A DNA stretch of 64,000 nucleotides from assembly GCA_038880755.1 (NCBI GenBank), contig JAVZRC010000004.1, positions 6,390-70,389 on the forward strand, written 5' to 3'. The DNA is from Candidatus Micrarchaeia archaeon. Lineage in GTDB: Archaea; Micrarchaeota; Micrarchaeia; CABMEP01. The notes under the pieces were generated by a model. The model saw only the letters and a list, made by a program, of their open reading frames with translations. It searched no databases and was not told where the DNA came from. Position numbers and translations under genes: made by a program. Shown here one piece after another: positions 58,003-64,000 of this stretch (position 1 is its first letter; each line of letters opens with the position of its first letter).

Positions 58003-58248
58003 ATGGAAGAAGAAAGACGTGGCGGATTTAGACGTGGAAGATTCCGCGGCCGCGGAAATTTTGCACCTAAACCTGTAAAGGAAGGTGACGAAGTTGACCT
58101 TACAATAGAAGCTGTTGGTGAAAAGGGAGACGGAATAGGAAAAATCCAAGGATTTGTTATATTCGTCCCTGGAACATCTGCAGGAGAATCTTGTAAAGTA
58201 AAAATAACACAAGTTCGTGGAAAAAGCGCAGTAGGAGAAAAAATATAA
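58003..58248 (+). CDS. TRAM domain protein (small archaeal RNA-binding protein) with an RGG-rich N-terminus
   Basis: PVKEGDEVDLTIEAVGEKGDGIGKIQGFVIFVPGTSAGESCKVKITQVRGKSAVG. Confidence 0.85.
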   Translation: MEEERRGGFRRGRFRGRGNFAPKPVKEGDEVDLTIEAVGEKGDGIGKIQGFVIFVPGTSAGESCKVKITQVRGKSAVGEKI

Positions 58249-58266
58249 AACTCATAACGCGTTAAT

Positions 58267-58305
58267 AAACCCTTGTGGGTTTCTTTTTTTATTTTTATTT
58301 TTTTT
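58267..58305 (+). terminator. Hairpin plus oligo-T terminator after the TRAM gene
   Basis: AAACCC-TTGT-GGGTTT stem-loop followed by T-rich runs. Confidence 0.5.
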
Positions 58306-58371
58306 CTTGATCAATTACACAATTTTTCAACAAATTCATTTTAGCCTTAAAATAATATTTATATATACCAA

Positions 58372-59433
58372 ATGTTTCATTTTAATATGGAAAAATACAA
58401 ATTAAAAAATGAAATCTCCAATGAAAAAAATCAAAATGTATTTAAAAGAATAAAACTCACAATAGAACAAATAGGCGAATTTTTTAATCAAACCTCTAGA
58501 AAGAAAAAAATAGAAAATGTGTACTTGATAAACGATACTCCATCTTTGATTAGCTTCGCTCTTCAAACTGCATTTTATCTTCCAAGTCTAATTTGGAAAT
58601 TAAGAAAAATAAATGAAATAAAATCAAATAGGTTCTGGTACCTCAATAGAAATAAAGAAGCAATAGAAGGAATAATATATAGCCTAGATACAAAAGATCC
58701 TTTACCTCTAATTGCGTTTGATAGCGGATATAAAAGAGATCTTTTTAACTTTTCAATGGTCGGTAAAATTATCGCCTGCCTTGGTTACCGTGCATTTAGT
58801 GTAAGATCAAGAAATGAACTAAAAAGCGCAGAGGCAGAAGATTACATGGATGCATTTGATTTTCTTAAAACTAAATATCAAGAAAAAGAACTAATAGAGA
58901 ATAGAAGTGCAATCATCGGACTCAGTGGTGGAAACATTGTTGTATACAAAACCTGTTCTTCACAAGAATTTGTAGAAAGACATAACATTAAATGTGGAAT
59001 ATCTATCTCGCCTTTTGATGATTTAGCAGAGCAATTTGATTATATGAAAAACAAACTTAAAGAAAGAGATATACCTGAAAATACTCGCAGAGTTTTGTCG
59101 GATTATGATAATTATGTTGAAAGTCTAGGTATAACTGATACTTCTGATAGATACTTATTTACTAATGGATCACCGATTACTTACTGTAAGGATTTGAAAG
59201 TGCCTTTATTAATTGAACATGGAATCATGGATGATATAGTTCCAGTTGCTGGTTCATTGAAAATATATAAAACACTAAAACAAGAAAATAAAAAAGCAGA
59301 GCTTGTTTTAATACCTGGAAAAGGTATACATGGAGACCTTAAAAAATGGAAAGAAAATATTATTGAAACAATCGGACTAATAAGTTCAATAATTTATGCT
59401 TACAAATTTTTAAGGAAGCATATTGGATGTTAA
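58372..59433 (+). CDS. Alpha/beta hydrolase (S9 prolyl oligopeptidase / dienelactone hydrolase-like)
   Basis: Nucleophile elbow IIGLSGGN, acid/His region LLIEHGIMDDIVP and GKGIHG. Start uncertain. Confidence 0.55.
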   Translation: MFHFNMEKYKLKNEISNEKNQNVFKRIKLTIEQIGEFFNQTSRKKKIENVYLINDTPSLISFALQTAFYLPSLIWKLRKINEIKSNRFWYLNRNKEAIEGIIYSLDTKDPLPLIAFDSGYKRDLFNFSMVGKIIACLGYRAFSVRSRNELKSAEAEDYMDAFDFLKTKYQEKELIENRSAIIGLSGGNIVVYKTCSSQEFVERHNIKCGISISPFDDLAEQFDYMKNKLKERDIPENTRRVLSDYDNYVESLGITDTSDRYLFTNGSPITYCKDLKVPLLIEHGIMDDIVPVAGSLKIYKTLKQENKKAELVLIPGKGIHGDLKKWKENIIETIGLISSIIYAYKFLRKHIGC

Positions 59434-59452
59434 ATTTAAGGATATAGATATA

Positions 59453-60439
59453 TCATATTCGAATTGAAACCGTTAATTGTTCTTTAATTGAACTTTCTCT
59501 TAAAGGTTCATTACATCTTTTTCTATATTCCCATTCTTTATCTACAAAGGAATTATAACCCTTTGAGCGTAGGTATTTACTCATAAATACGGCATTTCCA
59601 TAATGACAAATGATTTCTTTTGCACCAGATTCCTCAACATACCTTAATATTTCAGAGAAACCCCCATGGTCACTTAAAGGAAAAGCATGATATCTATATC
59701 TATATTTTTTAGCCCAACCTGTAACAATTGCAAATGAAACTTTTTTGTATTGGGTAGTTAACCATTTTTCTGATTGTGGATTAACAAAATTGAATGGAAC
59801 TATATAAACAAACTTACCTTTCATTGTTTCAGCAGCTTCTTTACTACCAATAACAACTCTATCAAGTTTTATCCCATATTTTTCGTATATCTTACATTTT
59901 TCTTCTATATTTTGATCAACGACAGGAGTAATATTTGAATACTTATTTAATATATAGATAAGCTCTTGTGCCTTTCCTGTTGAATATGCTCCAAAAACTA
60001 CATTATTCCCTACCATTAATCTCGTTCTTGTCCATCTATCTATTCTATCAGCAATTATTTCTTTTGAATCAAATTCAAAATCAGGATGACCAAATGTACA
60101 ATCAATATGTAACTCATCACATCTTACTATCTCTGCTCTCCCACTAGTAAAACCTTCCCTAAGTTTCATATCTCCAGTATATACAACTGTATGGCCGTTT
60201 GTAAATTCTATTTGAGTAGAGCCAAGGATATGTCCTGCGGGGTGTAGATTAACATCTTTATCTATTTTGTGTAATATTGATGTTCTTCCATCTAAATTAA
60301 GAAGATCAAACGTTTGCGGCGATGAAAATATATTTCCCTTTCTAGAATGATCAGAATGAGCATGAGATATATACACCATATCTGCATCTTTGGATGTTTC
60401 TATACCTAATACCCTTCCATCAGAAAGTGTTATATGCAT
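59453..60439 (-). CDS. Metallo-beta-lactamase fold hydrolase (beta-CASP-like nuclease candidate)
   Basis: YISHAHSDHS (HxHxDH) near the N-terminus and a later LSDHGG motif. ~330 aa. Confidence 0.55.
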   Translation of the reverse strand: MHITLSDGRVLGIETSKDADMVYISHAHSDHSRKGNIFSSPQTFDLLNLDGRTSILHKIDKDVNLHPAGHILGSTQIEFTNGHTVVYTGDMKLREGFTSGRAEIVRCDELHIDCTFGHPDFEFDSKEIIADRIDRWTRTRLMVGNNVVFGAYSTGKAQELIYILNKYSNITPVVDQNIEEKCKIYEKYGIKLDRVVIGSKEAAETMKGKFVYIVPFNFVNPQSEKWLTTQYKKVSFAIVTGWAKKYRYRYHAFPLSDHGGFSEILRYVEESGAKEIICHYGNAVFMSKYLRSKGYNSFVDKEWEYRKRCNEPLRESSIKEQLTVSIRI

Positions 60440-60602
60440 TGTCTGCCTCTCAACAATTAAATTGGTGCCAAATAATAATTATTAAATAAATTTATAAAGG
60501 TTCAATGAATGGAAACGAATGTTAAAAAAGAAAGATATTTTAAGTTTCACTACAATATGTAATAAAATTGTTTAATTGGGCGCCATAAATTATTATTTTA
60601 AA

Positions 60603-60677
60603 GGGCCGGTAGCTTAGCCAGGTTGGAGCGCGTGACTGATAATCACGAGGTCGGGAGTTCAAATCTCCCCCGGCCCA
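60603..60677 (+). tRNA. tRNA-Ile(GAU)
   Basis: GGGCCGG/CCGGCCC acceptor, anticodon arm CGUGA-CUGAUAA-UCACG, GGGAG-UUCAAAU-CUCCC T arm, A73. Confidence 0.9.
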
Positions 60678-60796
60678 TTATCAACTTTTGTTTGGAATTA
60701 ATTGCCTTATTAATCTAAATATGATACTATTAGTTGTGTTTTTGATATAAAAACAAGAATGTTTAAAAATATATACTGCGTTTAAAATTTGAGACT

Positions 60797-61669
60797 ATGA
60801 AATTTAATTTTGATAATGAAAAATATAATAGACAACTTGACAAAAATGTTTTTTTCAAATTAAGCGCAAAAGAAAAGGAGATCTATCTGAAGTTAAAAAA
60901 ACAAGTTCCTGTGGAAGAAATGATTCTAAGTATAGGAGATACTTTTTCTAAAGTGAATTATAAAGAATTGGAAAAGGAAAAGCTTATGGAAATATTATCT
61001 AAAGCTAAATCGAATTCTGTTATATGGGAAAGAAAAATGAATGCAGCAGAAGATATATTAACTGCAATTAGACGTTCTGGTTCTAATCCAAAAATGATAT
61101 TCAATTTATTCTTTGGTAAAAAAAATAAGAAGATTGAGAAACCCTACTGGGAACTTACAAGAACGATGTATTCTATAATGGGAACTAAATTTTTAACTAT
61201 AACTAATGAAGAAATTGGATGGCTTAATGCTATTGGCCTCAAAAATAAATATGCGTCGGAAATAGAAATAATAGATCCATTATTTAATATACTTGATACA
61301 AAGGAAGGACATGAATTCATTAATCATTTGTACATTTGTAAAAATACGATATGTACTTGCATCGAATCTAGAAAATTGATAAATGAATTAATTGAAAAGA
61401 CAAAAGAATACAAAAAGGAAATGCAAAATGAATTTATTATATTTGATATTTTAATGAAGGAAGAACCCAATGCAGTAATAAGTTTTATTAACAAATGCAT
61501 GGATCTATATTGGATAACCCATCTATTTCATGTTTTAAAGACCGGTAAAGAACGATTGATTAATACGAAAAAAATAGAAATGGAAAAAAAGAAAAATAAA
61601 CAAAACGATAATGAATTCCAAGGTGATGAATCAAAAAAAGATGAAAAAACAAACGAAAAAGATAATTAA
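60797..61669 (+). CDS. Hypothetical protein
   Basis: 290-aa ORF, Lys/Glu-rich. No family recognised. Confidence 0.45.
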   Translation: MKFNFDNEKYNRQLDKNVFFKLSAKEKEIYLKLKKQVPVEEMILSIGDTFSKVNYKELEKEKLMEILSKAKSNSVIWERKMNAAEDILTAIRRSGSNPKMIFNLFFGKKNKKIEKPYWELTRTMYSIMGTKFLTITNEEIGWLNAIGLKNKYASEIEIIDPLFNILDTKEGHEFINHLYICKNTICTCIESRKLINELIEKTKEYKKEMQNEFIIFDILMKEEPNAVISFINKCMDLYWITHLFHVLKTGKERLINTKKIEMEKKKNKQNDNEFQGDESKKDEKTNEKDN

Positions 61670-61714
61670 AATCCTTCATTATTATCGCATAAACAATAGA
61701 ATAAAATTAGATTA

Positions 61715-61780
61715 GGGCGGGAATGTGTGGGAGTTCTGACCCGCCCGTAAGTATGAATTGGGGGTTTGGTCGTAACCCCC
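61715..61780. other. Two GC-rich perfect 7-bp hairpins between convergent genes
   Basis: GGGCGGG-18 nt-CCCGCCC (61715-61746) and GGGGGTT-7 nt-AACCCCC (61760-61780). G+C is strikingly high relative to the surroundings. Confidence 0.4.
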
Positions 61781-61801
61781 GCCTCTTTGTCGCCTCGCAC
61801 C

Positions 61802-62320
61802 CTACCTCAAATTCGCCTCGCTTTGATTATCTGGGTGAGCATAATAAATGACTTTTCCTGCCCTCTGCTTTACAAGATAACCAAATGTTGCAAGTTTATT
61901 TAACCTTGCAGATGCAGCATTTCTTCCCTTATATGCGAAAACCTTTTGTATGGTCTCTGCAGAAGAGGGCCCATTCGCTTTTATATAATCAATTATTTTT
62001 TGATCAACTGATGAAAGCAAGAGCGCTGGCGCTGAATTTGAGGGTACAGTGCCAACGCTGCTTAATTTCTGTTCCATCTGCTTTAGTTTTTCCTCGAGCT
62101 GGTCAAGCCTCGCGTATATATTCTTTAATAATCGGTTAGTATTCTCCTTTTCTTTAACTGAAAGATACATAAGAGCGGAATGGACGGTGGGATCTCTGAG
62201 CTTAGCGATCTCCCTCTCAAGCTCTGCAATTTCTTCGTTTGCCTCTTTCTTGAAATTCGCAACCTTGTATTCAAGCGTATTTTCGAAATTTTCTTCATTT
62301 TTGTTTTCTTGTGGTTTCAT
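61802..62320 (-). CDS. Coiled-coil plus C-terminal winged-helix DNA-binding protein (putative transcription regulator)
   Basis: The C-terminal segment IIDYIKANGPSSAETIQKVFAYKGRNAASARLNKLATFGYLVKQRAGKVIYY resembles MarR/TrmB-type wHTH. Confidence 0.5.
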   Translation of the reverse strand: MKPQENKNEENFENTLEYKVANFKKEANEEIAELEREIAKLRDPTVHSALMYLSVKEKENTNRLLKNIYARLDQLEEKLKQMEQKLSSVGTVPSNSAPALLLSSVDQKIIDYIKANGPSSAETIQKVFAYKGRNAASARLNKLATFGYLVKQRAGKVIYYAHPDNQSEANLR

Positions 62321-62444
62321 ATTCCCACTTATCTATATTGGCGATCTGCCGGCATTCATGCATTTTGCATTTCCGCCTTGTCGCCCATACCGCAAGCTTT
62401 TTAAGCCCATATGAACATATACTATTAAGACACACAAAACAAAC

Positions 62445-62470
62445 CATGATTGAAAAAAATATCAATCATG
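62445..62470. promoter_or_regulatory. Inverted repeat CATGATTGA-N8-TCAATCATG (candidate operator)
   Basis: Perfect 9-bp arms in the divergent intergenic region. Shares an ATCATG / TCATGA-type core with the next palindrome. Confidence 0.45.
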
Positions 62471-62484
62471 ACTCTAATTTATGT

Positions 62485-62503
62485 GTCATGATACTATCAT
62501 GAC
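62485..62503. promoter_or_regulatory. Palindrome GTCATGATA-C-TATCATGAC (candidate operator)
   Basis: Perfect 9-bp arms around one central base. Confidence 0.45.
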
Positions 62504-62636
62504 AGTTAAAATTTATAAAGCTTTGCTTTTTCTTTTACGTCGAAGCGATATTTTCGCTCTCAAAAATAAGAATCATTTCAATTACGATTTTATGCACAAA
62601 AAGAAGATTTAAAATTATAACCACTAAAAACAATTC

Positions 62637-63215
62637 ATGATAAAAGAGATAAATAAAGAACTAGAAATGATGGAATGTATAAATCAGATCAAGATCGCAT
62701 TTAAGGATTATGATATAAAAAAATTAAGGGAAATTAATAATAAATGTGAAAAAAACATTCTCCTTGATGAAAAATTATTCTTTACACTGGCTTTACTTTC
62801 TTATACTCTTTCTAAAATTCTCGTAAAAGCTAGATTTAGAAATGCTTCTCTGTATCAAAAGATAGATATTAATCTTACACAGGCGATTCAATTTGCAAAA
62901 TCTAAGGATGAAATTGCACTAATAAATTCAGTATGGAAAATTCTTGAAATAATCACAAATTTTGATGAAAAAGATAAGAGATACGTGATCGGTATAATAG
63001 AAAAAGGAAGAACGAAAATAGCTGCAAGTCTATATGCACAAGGTCTGTCACTAAGTAGAACAATTTCTATAACAGGTGCACAAAAACAAGAAGTACTTAA
63101 TTACTCAGGTAAGACTGTGATGTCTGATAGAGTAGGAAGAACGATAAGCGCTAAAGAGAGATTTAATATTGCAAAGAAAATTCTTAAAGAAAGAAATAAG
63201 AAAGAGGTATCTTAA
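62637..63215 (+). CDS. Hypothetical protein with a UPF0175-like (antitoxin-type) C-terminal HTH
   Basis: IAASLYAQGLSLSRTISITGAQKQEVLNYSGK resembles the UPF0175 signature a.kLY..g.lSlg.aA...g. Its stop overlaps the next start (TAATG). Confidence 0.45.
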   Translation: MIKEINKELEMMECINQIKIAFKDYDIKKLREINNKCEKNILLDEKLFFTLALLSYTLSKILVKARFRNASLYQKIDINLTQAIQFAKSKDEIALINSVWKILEIITNFDEKDKRYVIGIIEKGRTKIAASLYAQGLSLSRTISITGAQKQEVLNYSGKTVMSDRVGRTISAKERFNIAKKILKERNKKEVS

Positions 63216-63940
63216 TGGTACGAGAGGATATTGATAGAACAGAATATTTTAAAGAAGATAAAGAAAGAAGAATAAATCCAAATTCAGTAGTTTGTGATTC
63301 ATCTTCTCTTATTTCTCTTACAGATGCTGGTCTTTTAGGTGCACTCATGATGCTAAGAAAAGAGATGAAAGGAGATTTAATAATAACTGAAGGAGTGATT
63401 GATGAAAGCATAAATACCCCAATTAAAAAACCAGAGTATGCATTTTCAGCAATAAGAATAAAAAGAGCACTTAAATCTGGAGCGTTTAGAATTGGAAAGT
63501 ATGAAAAAAATACTTATGATGAGATACTCAGAGTCACAAATAACATGTTCTACACAGATCGACCATTTCACCTTGTTAATCATGGTGAAGCAGAGATGTT
63601 AGCTACAGCAATAGACAATAAAGTTGAATTTGTGCTCATGGATGAAAGAACTACAAGAATGCTCATAGAATCACCATTAGAATTGAAAAGGCACATAGAA
63701 AATGAATTCAGAATCAAAATGAATATTAACGAAGTACTTTTTAGAAGATTTAGAGAAATGATAGCTGGAATAAATGTGATAAGAAGTAGTGAGGTTCTTG
63801 CGCTTGCAAAATCTAAAGGGTATTTTAAGAAATTTGGGGAGCTTGAGAGAGAAGCTTACAAAGCTGCTTTATATGCTCTAAAATTCAATGGCTGTTCAAT
63901 AAGCTTCGAAGAAATAGAGGAATTGTCAAGAATAGTTTAA
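63215..63940 (+). CDS. PIN-like domain protein (DUF3368/COG2405-like)
   Basis: VVCDSSSLISLTDAGLLGALMMLRK...LIITEGVIDE, HGEAEMLATAI, FVLMDERTTRML, SSEVLALAKSKGY. Confidence 0.55.
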   Translation: MVREDIDRTEYFKEDKERRINPNSVVCDSSSLISLTDAGLLGALMMLRKEMKGDLIITEGVIDESINTPIKKPEYAFSAIRIKRALKSGAFRIGKYEKNTYDEILRVTNNMFYTDRPFHLVNHGEAEMLATAIDNKVEFVLMDERTTRMLIESPLELKRHIENEFRIKMNINEVLFRRFREMIAGINVIRSSEVLALAKSKGYFKKFGELEREAYKAALYALKFNGCSISFEEIEELSRIV

Positions 63941-64000
63941 TCCTAGATCAGTAGAAGTTAAGCATAGAAAAGATTAATAATATCAAATCTAAATTTTACC

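Noticed and set aside
57898-58212. 104-aa minus-strand ORF.
   Set aside because: It is antisense to the well-supported TRAM-domain gene and its 5' region, is Cys/Phe-rich low complexity, and has no SD.
61727-61746. GGGAGTTC...CCCGCCC resembles the 3' part of the nearby tRNA-Ile (GGGAGTTCAAATCTCCCCCGGCCC), suggesting an att site of an element integrated at tRNA-Ile.
   Set aside because: Only an 8-mer is identical. The T-stem 3' strand is missing, and no integrase is present between 60677 and 61715.

Overview
This is an AT-rich archaeal chromosomal segment. Hand counts give about 19 G+C per 60 nt in typical lines. The gene content is archaeal: PolD DP1/DP2, MCM, PriS/PriL, GINS, eL19/eL32/eS4/eS27/eL42, aIF1A/aIF2, Nop10 and Rpp29. 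The compact genes suggest a DPANN-like lineage, but that is inference only.

Main blocks:
1. polB-polC (PolD) operon, with a 517-aa LAGLIDADG intein in DP2.
2. The full L3-to-L15 ribosomal protein superoperon, followed by secY and adk.
3. The eL42-eS27-aIF2alpha-Nop10-PAC2 cluster.
4. A GINS-HEAT-PriS-PriL replication cluster.
5. MCM with a 545-aa intein.
6. CysRS and MetRS.
7. Four tRNAs: Arg-UCU with a 74-nt BHB intron, Cys-GCA, Lys-UUU and Ile-GAU.
8. An RNase P RNA candidate and a C/D box sRNA candidate.

The most unusual locus is 10.07-14.93 kb. A GC-rich two-gene cargo sits there: a 91-aa protein plus a 1329-aa protein with 13 near-identical alpha-helical repeats and an unknown ~750-aa C-terminal region. 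The cargo lies inside a decayed IS skeleton with 17-bp terminal inverted repeats and 21-bp flanking direct repeats. The element splits the normally contiguous secY-adk / DUF106-cmk gene string.

Other notable items:
- a bacterial-type DXR gene
- a caspase/CHAT-like His-Cys dyad protein
- an unannotated 58-aa ORF inside the ribosomal operon
- a structured GC-rich element upstream of rpl3
- a presenilin-like protease
- a UPF0175/PIN (DUF3368-like) pair with palindromic operators

Many starts were refined by hand using a recurrent GGTG(A/T)-type Shine-Dalgarno motif. All calls rest on motif recognition by eye; no searches were run.
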